From Thelocarpon superellum (lineage: Eukaryota), in the NCBI GenBank assembly GCA_026025795.1, contig JAPEUG010000009.1, positions 62,001 through 105,234 on the forward strand: 43,234 nt of DNA, written 5' to 3'. Made by a program: the position numbers and the translations under genes. Shown here piece by piece: positions 12,084 to 23,956 of the stretch. The notes under the pieces were generated by a model. The model was given only the letters and a program-made list of their open reading frames with translations. It was not told the origin of the DNA and did no database searches. Within the stretch, counting starts at the first letter, position 1. Each line of letters starts with the position of its first letter.

Positions 12084-13880
12084 CGCGCCAGGCAACGTGC
12101 AGAAACACGAGCGACGAGTTATCGAAGAACGAGGAGGGACGCCGAGTTGCAACGAGAGAGGGGCGTGAGGCGCTGGCCTGCTCGTCGTGGTCTTTGTCCT
12201 TCTCGGAGGGGTGACGCAGTTAAGGCGACGGCTGTCGTCGAGGGTCCAGTCAACAAACGGAGAGCACCACTACTACAAGTGGTGGTGTAGGAGCTTTCCC
12301 GTCTCTGGGGAAGCGGACGCTTGCGACGGCCCGCTGATTGGCTGAGGGCCAGGTGAGGGCAGATTGCTCGCCCTTTGCCGTCCGTCCCACACGAGCGCAA
12401 GTCGCCCTCTAGCCGGAGCCCTGCCCTCCTGCACGAGTACTCATACCCATAGCGCAACATTTCTTTGTCCAACGCGATTGCCCTAGATTCCCACCACGCA
12501 TTGTTGTGGCACAACTCCATTGTTTTGTCGACGTCTCTGCCGGACGCCATGATCGGCGACCTCCGACCTGGACTCGAGCATCATCCTTCCTGTGCCAGTA
12601 GTACGAGTGCTGGTAGGGTCAAGCATCGCCATCCCACCCAAATCAAGCGATCCTCTCCATCTCATATCCAAGCGCTGCAAGTACTAGGCATGCTTCTGCC
12701 TACTATACTAGCACCAGTGGCAGCAGCAGTAGTGGTGATGATCGATCGAGACGGGCCCGTCATATGCCAAACTTCTTCACCAATTACACTAGGCTTTACT
12801 CGCACAGATGCAAGCCGTGGACAGCTCATGGCATGAACTGCAGTGGGAGATGATTCACGACGAGGCCCCTGCCTCCACTATCAGGGCAGTTGCCGCGAGC
12901 ACCTTTGCCGTGCTCGTCACTCGACGCTCGCCGTTGGAAGAGCAGTGGAGCGTCCGGGCGTTTCGTGGCCATCGAAACGCGCTAAAACGTTGCAACAAGT
13001 GTCAAACGTCACGCTTGGCGCTCGTGGGGCGAGGTTTAACGGTGGGCGGTGGTAAGTTAGTGGGCGGTGGGCGAGCCGGGGCGCGGTCGCAGGTTGGGTC
13101 GCAGGCTGGGTCAGACTGGCGGGCGGGCGCCGGGGCACCGGGCACCGGGCACCGGGTCCAGGCTGGTGAGTAGCTCGACGGTGCGAGTTCTTGGGGCGTC
13201 TGGTAGGGTATGGCCGGTCCCGGGCGAGCTTGGTGCGTGGTCGTGGTGCGTGGTGTGTCTCGTAGTCGTAGTGGGTGGTACGCGGTACGTGGAAGGGTGC
13301 CGGGCCCGGCTAAAGCTCCAATAACACAGCGGCCGCCGAAAACTTTCCAATTTCACTGGCAGCGGCACGCGCAACGCAGCTCAGTAGTCGACGGTCCATC
13401 TGCTCGCACAATATTTCACTGTCACTTCATACACACTTCCCTTCCTCCCAGACCTTGCCCCGGTCGCCCGTCCTTCTCTTCCTCTCCCCTCTCCCCTCTC
13501 CCCTCTTTCCTCCTCCGCCATCTCGTCCTTTCCCCCCTCTCTGCCTCTCTCCCGCCGTCTCCCCGCCTACCCCTCTCTCTGTCCCTTCCCCGGAGAATTA
13601 CCAGTTCCGGATTGCCAAGTACTTGACTCTGTGGTGCGGTGGTCACGAAACCGTCGAACAGGAGCTCCCCGCCCACCCAGTAAGCAGTCCCTTGGTGAAT
13701 ACTTCACGCGAGTGGCAGGCACATTCGTGTGGCCCATGTACCATGATGAACGGTGCACTGACGAGTGAAGCTTCCTTCAGCACGCCCTGACGCCGTCGTA
13801 CTCGCTCTCCGCCATCCACCGCCACCCGACTTCCGATCCGGCTGTCACATCCCCCGGCTCTCCCCTCCACCGCGTCCACC

Positions 13881-15113
13881 ATGGCATCCGAAGATCTCCG
13901 CGATGGCGGCGCCTCTAAACCGGATGACTCGTCGTTGTTCACCGAGTCCTTTAATCGCATGAGCATCGCCGACCAGCGCGCCGGTGGTGACTCGGAAAAC
14001 CGGCTGGGTCCCGATGGCGAGCCGGCTCCTCGTACCGAGGAAGAGTACGCACAGTCACAGCTGACGCTCCGCGCCATCGTGTCCTCCAAGGAGGCGGGCG
14101 TCATCATTGGAAAAGGGGGCAAGAATGTGGCGGACTTGCGTGACGAGACAGGTGTCAAGGCCGGCGTGAGCAAGGTGGTCCAAGGCGTACCGGACCGTGT
14201 TCTTACCGTTACGGGCGCGCTCGACGGACTCGCCAAGGCATATGCCATCGTGGCCAAGGGTCTCCTCGAGGGCGCTCCTATGATGGGAATGGGAGGGGTC
14301 ATTGCCACCAACGGCACGCATCGTATGTCTTTTCCTCCCTCTTTCGTGGATCGCTACATGGGGACATGGCTGACGGTGGGAGCAGCGGTGCGCCTCTTGA
14401 TCTCACACAATCAGATGGGCACCATCATCGGCCGACAGGGATTGAAAATCAAGCATATCCAGGACGTGTCTGGGGTGCGGATGGTGGCGCAAAAGGAGAT
14501 GTTACCGCAGTCCACCGAACGCGTCGTCGAAGTCCAAGGGAGCCCCGACGGGATCCAAAAGGCCGTGTGGGAGATTGGCAAATGTCTGGTCGACGACTGG
14601 CAACGTGGAACGGGCACCGTGCTCTACAACCCCGCCGTTCGCTCGCAGGGCGGCAACGCCGGTGGGCTCAACAACGGCGCCTCAGGCGCAGGTGTGGGTG
14701 GTGGCAGTGGCGGTGGCGGCGGCGGCGGTGGTGGCCGCTCTTACAACCGGACGGGCAACGGCGCCGACTTCAGTGACCCACCGGCGGGATCATACCCGCG
14801 TCGCTCGAATCCTGACGTGGCCAATCGCCTTCCCACGACGACGGAGGATGGCGAGGAGATCCAGACGCAGAACATCAGCATCCCCGCCGACATGGTCGGC
14901 TGCATCATCGGTCGCGGCGGCAGCAAGATCAGCGAGATCCGTAAGAGCTCGGGCGCGCGCATCTCCATCGCCAAGGCGCCGCATGATGAGACGGGCGAGC
15001 GCATGTTCACCATCATGGGCAGTGCCGGGGCCAACGAGAAGGCCCTCTACCTCTTGTACGAAAATCTCGAGGCGGAAAAGATGCGGCGGAGTCAGGGGAC
15101 ACCGCCCGAGTAG
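13881..15113 (+). CDS. Triple KH-domain RNA-binding protein (Rnc1/Hek2/Pbp2, hnRNP K/PCBP-like), 2 exons: 13881-14322, 14386-15113
   Basis: Three KH GxxG loops (GVIIGKGG, GTIIGRQG, GCIIGRGG) and a Gly-rich linker. Removing the 63-bp intron 14323-14385 (GTATGT..GCTGAC..CAG) gives TH|PVRLLISHNQMG. Confidence 0.93.
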   Translation: MASEDLRDGGASKPDDSSLFTESFNRMSIADQRAGGDSENRLGPDGEPAPRTEEEYAQSQLTLRAIVSSKEAGVIIGKGGKNVADLRDETGVKAGVSKVVQGVPDRVLTVTGALDGLAKAYAIVAKGLLEGAPMMGMGGVIATNGTHRMSFPPSFVDRYMGTWLTVGAAVRLLISHNQMGTIIGRQGLKIKHIQDVSGVRMVAQKEMLPQSTERVVEVQGSPDGIQKAVWEIGKCLVDDWQRGTGTVLYNPAVRSQGGNAGGLNNGASGAGVGGGSGGGGGGGGGRSYNRTGNGADFSDPPAGSYPRRSNPDVANRLPTTTEDGEEIQTQNISIPADMVGCIIGRGGSKISEIRKSSGARISIAKAPHDETGERMFTIMGSAGANEKALYLLYENLEAEKMRRSQGTPPE

Positions 15114-16109
15114 GGCGTCGTGGGAGTCTGCGTGCGTCCCGGAGGAAAGCTGTCCGACTCCACGACGAATCCAGCACGTTCGGCCTCTTGACTTGGTCCA
15201 TCTTCGCCGTCATGGTCGGCCCCAAAACTTCTGTGCGAGCTCGATCTCCTCGATCTCCTCGATCTTTCCCCTTCCCGTAGTTCAACGTCAGCGATTACGA
15301 GTCATGATTGCTTTGAGACTGCCTTTTCGCCCTGCCTCGATGATGCGCCGGGCCCCTGGCCCGGCACAGGGCAGGGGCGCATCGACATGTTAGTGCCCTC
15401 GCGGGCGATCCGCTCCCACTCATTTCCTTCCTCCTTTCTCCTTCCTCCTTCGTTCTTCCTCTCTCCTCGCTCCTCCACCCACTTCGCTACCTCGGTCGTC
15501 CTCAGATTTCATACGATTCACCATCCTTCGCCTTGAGTCACCTCGACTCGACCTTGACCTCGACCCTTCTTCCCAACATGAATATGTGTCTGTTCTGACG
15601 ATCCTCACCTGACCGCTCTCTGTGGCTGTTGACCTTGTCGACCTCAGCGTCTCCTCTACTCTCCACGCTCCCGACTACGTGTCCCCGGCACTCTTCTCTG
15701 TTCTCCGTTCTCCATTCACCATGCTCGTCACGACCATGTACTTAATTCTGCCAAGGTAGTAACGAGACAACCTACAGTCATCATCCTCGTGATCATCGAC
15801 ACACCCATACTCCCTACCTGTAGAGTCTGCTTGACAGGATGATGGAAGTTGTGCCCCATCAATGCCATGACGAGTGGTGGTGATGTAGACCGTAAGCCGA
15901 CGCTCTCGGTTGACGGGGACGATCTGACCAAATTGTCCTATCGGGCCACATCGCATCATCCAGCAAGCGTCTTCAACGACCACCACAGGATGCACCGACA
16001 CGACCTTCTTTAGATTTTTCATTCAGATTGAGCCTAGAATATCTTTCTCTACACCATACCTTTTAATTGTTATTACCACGGAGGTACTCGAATCTTCCCT
16101 CTACCCATC

Positions 16110-17555
16110 ATGGCCCGACAGAAGCAACCGACGCCGACGAAACGACAGCCCTCATCGGAGCTGATCCAGCGAATTGAGCCGGACCGCAGATTTACCCCGG
16201 TGACGACCACGAGTAATGTGGATGACACTGGGAAGGGGCACGTCGCTGTCCAGAGCGCTGGCAGCGCGATCAAGGCGACCTCAGCACGGGCGACGGCTAC
16301 CCAGGCCGGGCTGCCCGAGCTGATCATCTGCGTCGGTGGCATCTATGCTTCATTGTGAGTCGATGCCGGGAGGACCGCCCGTCTCCTTCCCCGTCTCGGA
16401 GTGGCCCGCATGCTCAAACTCCTCCTGTAGTCTCTCGTGGGCGCTGCTTCAAGAACGCATCACGACGACCTCGTACGGCTCGGGCTCATCCAGCGAGAGC
16501 AAGAGCGAGGTCTTTCAATACCCCGTCTTCCTCAACACCGTGCAATCGCTCTTCGCCGCCCTGACAGGATACGTCTACCTCTATTCCACCACGCCGCGGT
16601 CGGCGAAGGTCCCCGCCATCTTTCCCCGGCGGGCCATCCTGGCACCTATGACGCTGGTGGCCGTCACGTCCTCCCTCGCGTCTCCATTCGGCTACGCATC
16701 CCTGAAGCACATCGACTACATCACCTTCATCCTGGCCAAGTCATGCAAGCTGTTACCGGTGATGGCGCTGCATCTGACCGTTTTCCGCAAGCGCTTCCCG
16801 CTGTACAAGTACGCGGTGGTGGCGCTGGTGACAGCTGGCGTGGCGGTGTTCACCGTGCACCATCCGTCGACGTCGACGAAGAGTAAAGGACCCGAGAGCA
16901 GTAGTGTATGGGGCCTGGCACTGCTGGGGATCAATCTACTGTTTGACGGCCTGACGAACTCGACGCAAGATCATATCTTTGCGAGCTTCCAGCCCTTCTC
17001 GGGACCGCAGATGATGTGTGCACAGAACGTGCTCAATACCGTGCTGACGACAGCGTATCTCCTCGCGTCGCCCTACCTGGCCCAGACGGCCATCGGGGCG
17101 TACTTGGGACTCGAGGGGAGGACGACGACGGGAGGAGAATGGGAGGGTGAGTTCGGCGCCGCGCTGGCATTCATCAGGCGCCATCCGGCCGTTGGGAGGG
17201 ACGTGCTGGGATTTGCGGCGTGTGGTGCCATAGGGCAGGTTTTTATCTGTGCGTACCCTATCCCTTCCTCTTTTCCCCCCCTCCCCCTTCCTTTCACTCT
17301 ATCTCACTGAGAATACTGACGGCGACGGAAGTCTACACGCTATCGACGTTCTCCTCACTCTTACTAGTGACGGTGACAGTGACGAGGAAGATGCTGACGA
17401 TGATACTCTCCGTGGTCTGGTTCGGACATAGGCTGAGTTCGATGCAGTGGCTTGGGGTCGGATTGGTGTTTGGTGGTGTAGGCGCCGAGGGGGTGATTCA
17501 GAGGGTGGAGAAGAGCAAAAGTAAGAGCGACGCTCAAGAGAAGAAGGCGGTATAG
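16110..17555 (+). CDS. HUT1: UDP-galactose transporter homolog (UAA family, Hut1/SLC35B1), 3 exons: 16110-16354, 16431-17248, 17332-17555
   Basis: Motifs GIYASF|LSWALLQERI, ASPFGYASLKHIDYITFILAKSCKLLPVM, FDGLTNSTQD, GQVFI|FYTL and VTVTRKMLT; C-terminal KKxx (KKAV) ER-retrieval signal. Introns 16355-16430 and 17249-17331. Confidence 0.93.
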
Positions 17556-17712
17556 CGGTACGATACTGAGTGTAGTGTCGTCCTTCACTGTATATAGTCG
17601 TAGAACGGAATAGAGTAGAACAGGATGGGATAGGAGAGAAGGATGTGGCGATTCTGCTGTACGAGTACTGTTGACGATACGGAGGATGGGCGAGTTCCAA
17701 GGAACGACTTCG

Positions 17713-17762
17713 AGAAAGAGAGAAAGAAGGAAGGAAAGAAAGAAAGAAAGAAAGAGAGAAGG
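17713..17762. repeat. (GAAA/GAAG)n polypurine microsatellite between convergent genes
   Basis: agaaagagagaaagaaggaaggaaagaaagaaagaaagaaagagagaagg is directly visible. Confidence 0.8.
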
Positions 17763-17781
17763 AGCTCCAATCAAGTCCCGA

Positions 17782-19275
17782 CTAGGCCACCGTCACTTCT
17801 TCGTTGTGTTTCTTCCTTGGGAAGAGACCCAGTCCCACCACACCCTTCTTCCCCCCCGCCTCTGCCTTCTCTTCGCGCTTCTTCTCCTTCTCCTCCTTCT
17901 TGAGCTGCACGCCCTGCTCCACGTCCCGAATCACCTCTCCTGCGGCGACGGGCACGCCCTCGAAGCGCTTCACTTTCTTCCCCTCCTGAAACTGCATGAA
18001 TCCCGCCGCGCCGGCAACGATGCACGCTAGCGCGACGAATAGGCCCGTGCTCCAGCTGGGCCGCTGGTACCGGTTGTATCCCCACATGAATCCCGACAGG
18101 ACTGCCTGCAGCGCCGTGTTGAGGACGAAGAGCCAGATGACGTAGTCCAGCCTCCACGTCGCCGTCGGCGGCGCTCGTTCGCCCGTCAGAGGCGCGTTGG
18201 GGGCCCGGTTGACGGGGTAGGGCACGGCGACGCTGTCTTCATCGCCTTCGGGCACCGCGGTCAGCGGATCGAGCTTGTCGGAGCCGGGGAGCCGGAACCA
18301 GCCGTTGTGGACGCCGCCGAGGCGGCGGAGCGCCATCGGGTCGTGCTGAATGCGGTACTTGAGCAGGTAGTAGAAGTCGCGGAACCGCCACGGGATCAGC
18401 CCGAAGCCCGTCACGCAGAACAGCGCGTTCAAGATCTGCGAGTCGATCTCGATCCAGATCCGCCGCGGCGAGTTAATGTCGTTGCACGTCGGATAGCACA
18501 TGGCGGGCGAGGCGTTGCACAGTAACAGGAAGAGCATGCCGCCCCACGCCACCACGTTGAGCCCGTAGATGACGATCAGGAAGCCCAGCGGCGTGAGGGC
18601 GAAACGCCAGAAGCTCTTGAGCCCAATCAATGTCGCCTCGCCCCATGTGTGCTTGGGCGGGAACTTGTATCCGTTGGCGTACACGTGCTCCGTCGGGCTG
18701 GGCGTCATGGAGCTCGACACTTCTTGCTCGGCGATGCCCTTGCTGGGCTTGGCCGTCTCCACCCCGTCCGCTTCGTCCGTCGCGCTTTCGTCCAACGGTC
18801 CGCCGGGCTCTTCCTCCAGCACGCGCGACTCGGTCGCGGTGATGGCCTCCGCCTCTTGTTCCCGCTTCTCGGCCACCGAGTCTTCTGCCAGCCCACTCGA
18901 CGCTGTTCGTGCCAGGGGCCGGGGCGTCTGCGGGACGGAGGAGGTGCGCGATAATCGTCGTTCCTCGCCGCTCATGGAACTCCGTCGTCGTTGCAGCTGG
19001 CCCTCCGCGTTCCAGCCGCCGTAGCTGAAGCTCCCTTGTCGGATGGCAGCTAGCGACGGGGCCTTGGAGACCGCTTCGCCCGTCGCCGACCACATGCCCG
19101 AGGGCGGCGCGGACTCGACGAAGCGCGTGAACAGCGAGGCATTCGGCCCGGAGCCAGCGCTGACGGACGCGCGCGTGCCCGTTCGCGAGAGCTTCTCATC
19201 CCCGGCGGTGCCGGCCGAGGCAGGCGGTACGGGCGAACTCGATGAGTCCGCCGGATTGGGAGACGGACCGGACAT
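17782..19275 (-). CDS. DUF2985-like fungal membrane protein
   Basis: Disordered Ser/Pro N-terminus, then GYKFPPKHTW, TPLGFLIVIYGLNVVAWGGMLFLLL, WIEIDSQILNALFCVTGFGLIPWRFRD and WGYNRYQRPSW, which I recognise as DUF2985-type. First in-frame ATG is at 19275; the ORF-track start at 19626 is not ATG. Confidence 0.8.
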   Translation of the reverse strand: MSGPSPNPADSSSSPVPPASAGTAGDEKLSRTGTRASVSAGSGPNASLFTRFVESAPPSGMWSATGEAVSKAPSLAAIRQGSFSYGGWNAEGQLQRRRSSMSGEERRLSRTSSVPQTPRPLARTASSGLAEDSVAEKREQEAEAITATESRVLEEEPGGPLDESATDEADGVETAKPSKGIAEQEVSSSMTPSPTEHVYANGYKFPPKHTWGEATLIGLKSFWRFALTPLGFLIVIYGLNVVAWGGMLFLLLCNASPAMCYPTCNDINSPRRIWIEIDSQILNALFCVTGFGLIPWRFRDFYYLLKYRIQHDPMALRRLGGVHNGWFRLPGSDKLDPLTAVPEGDEDSVAVPYPVNRAPNAPLTGERAPPTATWRLDYVIWLFVLNTALQAVLSGFMWGYNRYQRPSWSTGLFVALACIVAGAAGFMQFQEGKKVKRFEGVPVAAGEVIRDVEQGVQLKKEEKEKKREEKAEAGGKKGVVGLGLFPRKKHNEEVTVA

Positions 19276-20180
19276 GACGGTCGAGGCGTCGATCGATGCG
19301 TCGAGACGACACCGGTCGGGCCGGTCGGTGTCGGGACGGATGAAGGCTTGGGAGACGCGAGGATCAGCGGTCGGAGATGGAAATGGCGCGTAGGATGAAT
19401 TGCGACGAGAGAAGTCGGTAATGCTCCGCACCACGTCCACGTTGTGTCGACGGGGGCCGGGACTGTGTGTAAGATAGTGGGAATAAGAATAAGGGTCGGG
19501 GCGGGTAGGTCGGGGATGGGTGGGCAGATCGGCGTCGGCGTCGGCGTCGGCGTCCGATTTGTCCTCCGATCCAAGCGTTCGAATACCTACAAGGACTCGC
19601 TTTCCCGACCGCTGTTCAGTCGACACTGTCCGTAGTACTCCGTAACCGTACTATGATACTGGTTATCGTATGATGACTAGTACGGTACGGTAATTGTGTG
19701 TGCGTAATCAGAGCGTGTCGGTGGGTCGGATGGAATAGCTTTGATGGCTTGCACTGGTATTAGGCACTGGACGCATCCAAGACGGAGCTGCCGGAGAGAG
19801 TGTTGGTGAGGAGAGCAGTGAGTGGGTGGCGCTCGTACGCATCCGCGTCCGCGTCCGCGTACAGCCAGATGGACGGTGTCGGCGGGTCGGACTAATTTCG
19901 CCGCGTGCGGAACGCGTGGATGTACAAGGAGTGGTCTGATACGAACTACAAGGTACAGTAGCTCTGCGACAGCAGATTAATTTAGTGCTGGTCTCCCAGT
20001 GGTTCGCCACATGCGCCGTGCAGGAGCAGTATCGTAGATGCGCCTGTACGATCGCTGTTGTAGTGAGGTAGTGAGGTAGGATGTTTGACACAGCGGGCCT
20101 CGATGAATAGTTATAGTGAGAGAGCCCACAGTTACAATCATGCAAAACAGCGAGTCCCGTCCAAGCTGGTCCTTCATCGG

Positions 20181-20250
20181 CCCACCTACTCGTACCCACC
20201 TACTCGTACCCACCTACTCGTACCCACCTACTCGTACCTACCTACTCAGA
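20181..20250. repeat. 14-bp minisatellite (CCCACCTACTCGTA) x4 perfect plus 1 degenerate copy
   Basis: Units start at 20181, 20195, 20209 and 20223, with the variant CCTACCTACTCAGA at 20237. Confidence 0.95.
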
Positions 20251-20812
20251 CTCGTTCACGCGACAACCCTGAACACTACGGTGCGGATGAATCCACAGCA
20301 CAGGTAAAATCGATTTGGTAAGGTGGGAGGCCCGTGACTGCCGTAACAAATTCTCTCACCACATTGACCTCGTGCACAAGCGTGATTGGGTAGACTTTGC
20401 TTGGGAAGACTTGCTTTGGCCTGGATACCCGCTGCATGTGGGTTAGCATGATCGATCCTGGTGACCTTGGACCTTGCACCCTGCGCTTGGGAATCGGCCA
20501 CGACTCGACGCCACAACGACACCCACGCCGTCATTTGAACCTGACCAGCGCCAAATGTCGAATGTGCCTTTGGCAGAGAAAGTTCTGCTTCTGCTACCAC
20601 GCCAGTGTTCCGAGAGGTACTTCGTACGTCGTCCTGCTGGTGCACATCTAGTCCGTTCTTGTGGGGCGTCGGTCGATTGAATGGAAGATTATTTCTCCGT
20701 CCCGTCCATCAGCTAGAGGTACTCTGCTCCGAGTAAGACGCATAGGATGCTCGAGGACGAGAAGCAACACACATCTTGCGTCTGAGCGGGGAAGGGTGCT
20801 TCGGGCTCTAGG

Positions 20813-21355
20813 ATGGCTATGGCTACTCCCGATGCTGGTCCAGCACTGCAACCTTCTGCCCTCTCTCAGGCCATCAAAACATCGTCACTAGAGAAGGGGT
20901 CCTCGCCACATTCTCCCCACCTCCACCACTTGACGGCGCACATACACCACAACCTCCAATACCAGCACGACTGGACTGCGCTTGACATCCACACGCACTC
21001 GGCCCTGGCGCCGTCCCATGCGCTCTCACGGCCACTGATCTCCGGGTTACCGCCACAGCGTATCTACATCCACCCCGACGAACAGATCGAGCTGCTCAAG
21101 AAGGGCGACAAGGAGGCGCAGACGGCGCCGGAGCGGGAATGGGTGCTTCCGACACACGTGCGTGAGACGTGGACGCCGCATCGGCTGATGGACATCTTTG
21201 ATGCCATGACGCCGGAGCCACCCGGGGATAATAGCCGGTCCAAGTCGACGTGGCCGCGGCGGCGGAAGAGGCTGCTTCTGGCGACGCTCAATGATGATAG
21301 CACCGTGGTTTACTACATCTTGCACGAGGGCATTGTCAAGCCGAGGCAGAACTGA
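20813..21355 (+). CDS. SEN15: tRNA-splicing endonuclease subunit Sen15
   Basis: HNLQYQHDWT, RPLISGLPPQRIYIHPDEQI, EREWVLPT and KRLLLATLNDDSTVVYYILHEGIVKPRQN match the fungal Sen15 pattern. Single exon. Confidence 0.92.
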   Translation: MAMATPDAGPALQPSALSQAIKTSSLEKGSSPHSPHLHHLTAHIHHNLQYQHDWTALDIHTHSALAPSHALSRPLISGLPPQRIYIHPDEQIELLKKGDKEAQTAPEREWVLPTHVRETWTPHRLMDIFDAMTPEPPGDNSRSKSTWPRRRKRLLLATLNDDSTVVYYILHEGIVKPRQN

Positions 21356-21391
21356 GTTGACTCGAGCCAACGTGCATTCTACCGTATTCTA

Positions 21392-23956
21392 TCACGGCGC
21401 CGAGTCCGACTCTGCTTTGCTGCCTTTGAGACTGCCCAAGCTAAAACCACCTTCGTCCTGGTGGCCTCCGCCCGCAGGCTTTGACGCGTCGTCATCGCCG
21501 TTGTCGCCGAACAAGAAGCCTGGTCGACTGCCGGCGCGGCTGTTCTTGCTCGCACTGGCGGGGGAGGGGAAGGAAGCGATGGCGCCGGGACGAGGGTCGT
21601 CCTCGCCCAGCATCCAGGCAAATGACGACTGTGCCAAGGACGACCGCGCTTGGTGAGCGCGCGCTGGCTTTGGGGTGGGACTACCCGCCGTGCGAACTGC
21701 TGCTTCGTCGGGAATACTGGTGGTGGAGCTGACGTTGGCATTGCCGGGATGGCTGGGAATGCTGGCGTTGTTGGTGTTGGCGATGGCATTGACGGTGTGA
21801 GTGGTGATGGTGGACGGCCGCGGAAGGCGCAGTGGGCGGTCTGCCACAGTGGCTAGCGGGGCTGTGGCCGTCGATGGTCGTGCCGTTGGCGTCTTGTTGT
21901 CAGCGGGTATGGATGGCCGTCGACCCGGACGTGCAGGCATTGCAGCGACGGTCAGGGGCCGCTCATCATCCGGCAAGGGTAGGGTAGAATCGTCGAGGTA
22001 GACCTGGACGAATTGCACCTTGGCCACAGCCAGGTTGAACGCGTCCGAGGGAGAGACTGTTGCGTGGTCGTCGGCGCCATCGGTGCCGTGGGCTTGCTGG
22101 GTCCACAAGTCGTCAATAGCCTCGCCCAACATCCGGCCTAGTTCCTTGTTGCGAGCCTCCAACGCCTGTACGGAGGCCTTGTCGTCCGCCTCCCCGTCCC
22201 GACCTCTCACGTACCGGCCCTCTTCCAGCGACCATCGCCCGCCATCCACGCTACGACGGGGCGAGGTGCCGGCGGATTGTAGGCCGCGCTTCACCTCCGT
22301 CACCGCCTCTCGCACGGCTCTGTTGACGCCCAGGCGCTCGCCGCGATTGTAGATTCCCTTGGCCGCGCCTTGTAACAGGGCTTCTAGGCCTCCCTGTTGT
22401 TGGATGTACTTGGCCGGTGATCCCAGCGGCGATCGCTCGCGGAAGAGCCGACCATCCACCGTCAACGACCGAGGATCCATCTCCCCGTGGGCCGCGAAGA
22501 CGTCGTCCGTCCCCGACACCGGCGCCTTCCCCGAATATGTGAAGATGACATGATGACCCCCGGCGTGCGTGAGATGATCGCGAAGGTACATGGCGTCCTG
22601 CACAAACGTCGACGGTCCATGCGGCGCCACTGGGGACGGATAGCGCAGGAGGAGCGTGAGCGCACCGGTATAGTCAGCGTCCAACACTGCGTGGCAACGT
22701 TAGTCGGAGCACCTTCCGCGCAAGCATCCACTTACACTGCCACCGCACGCGTAGCAGCATGGCTACGCAGATGAGATCAACCAGGCGCAAGGTGGGATCC
22801 TCGGCAAACAACACGTCCCAGAAGGCAAGAACCTCGACAAAGGGAAATTCGCGGCTGAAGAGGAGACGAATCCAGCGGCTACGCACGCGTCAGCCAGATC
22901 TGCCCGGACGCAGGCCGAGACGACGCACATGAGAAAGACTTGCGGCAGCACATCGACCTCGGTCAGTCGCGCCGCAAGCTCGGGATCCACCGCGGCCAGG
23001 TAGACGTGGTGAATCCGCCGGCTCTGCTGCACGATCGGGGATGTGGCGGGAGCGGGCGGGGTGGGGCTGGGTCCTGATCCCGTCGTGCCGACCGCCGCTT
23101 TCTCATGGTCCCCCAGCTCATAGAACGATATGGCACCTCGCATGACGATGGTGAAGAGGGTGTAGGCATCGTGCTCAACGTATCGTCGGTCGAGTAGCGA
23201 CTCCAGCTGCGGGTCAGCTTGGGCCTCGTCGGTCGGGTTCGGAGCGTCAGTGGCATCCTGCTCGACGACCCACAGGATGGGTGCCAGAAGCTCATGCATG
23301 CCTTGTCGATATCCCACATCGGCGTTGATCTTGCAAAAGATGAAGAGGATATCGACCATGACATCCTGCGTGTCCGGCGCCCGAAAGTAGGCAACCTCTG
23401 GCATGCATCGTTCGACATCTTGACGGATCTCGGCGCGGAGAGCCTCGTCGCGGCGCAAGACGATCCAAGGAGACTTCAGGTCTTGGTCAGACGTCAGATT
23501 GCTTGGCGGGGTGCGCGGGGCATGGGGACCTACGGCCTCGTCGTCGGCTAAGGGATCGACGGCGGATTCGATCTCGTGAGGATGGAGCAGGGTGTGCAGG
23601 TATTTGGTACGGAGATCAACGTATGCCTGCCGGGTCTGCGCCTGCTTCTCCACCCATGACGCTGGGCTGTAATCGGGAAAGAGGAGATAGGCCTGGAAGT
23701 ACCAGGTCAGTCGGCGTCGGGCGGTATTGCTCGAGCGGGGTGGATGCTCAACCTTCCAACACACGGAACGCAAGCCGGATACACACGGGCTGGCCCCGTC
23801 GCCCAGCTTGGCGGCGCCTCGGAGCGCGGATCTGGTGGGGAAATCGGCACGTAATGCTTGCCATCTCGTCCTGCGAGGGCGTCGACGGTCAGTGTGAGGC
23901 TCGGGCACGTACCCGGAGCGAAAGGACACTGACCGAGACTCCTCGAAAGATCTCAT
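21392..23956 (-). CDS. TBC-domain Rab GTPase-activating protein (TBC1D5-like), 6 exons: 23956-23934, 23870-23753, 23692-23534, 23473-22929, 22878-22736, 22686-21392
   Basis: GLRSVCWK, arginine finger IRQDVERC, glutamine finger YRQGMHELLAP, EHDAY and I|RWIRLLFSREF. Five GT-AG introns (23871-23933, 23693-23752, 23474-23533, 22879-22928, 22687-22735) keep frame. Confidence 0.92.

Noticed and set aside
12200..13400. Several 60-143 aa ORFs in the divergent intergenic region
   Set aside because: No recognisable domains or consistent splice model; likely promoter or UTR sequence.
19645..19686. Short inverted repeat containing ATGATGA as a C/D snoRNA (likewise TGATGA at ~30131 and ~30498)
   Set aside because: No suitably placed D box with a terminal stem was found; the 30131 motif is better explained as an intron branch region.
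20181..20250. Repeat array as a CRISPR
   Set aside because: The units are contiguous with no spacers, and the DNA is fungal with no cas genes.
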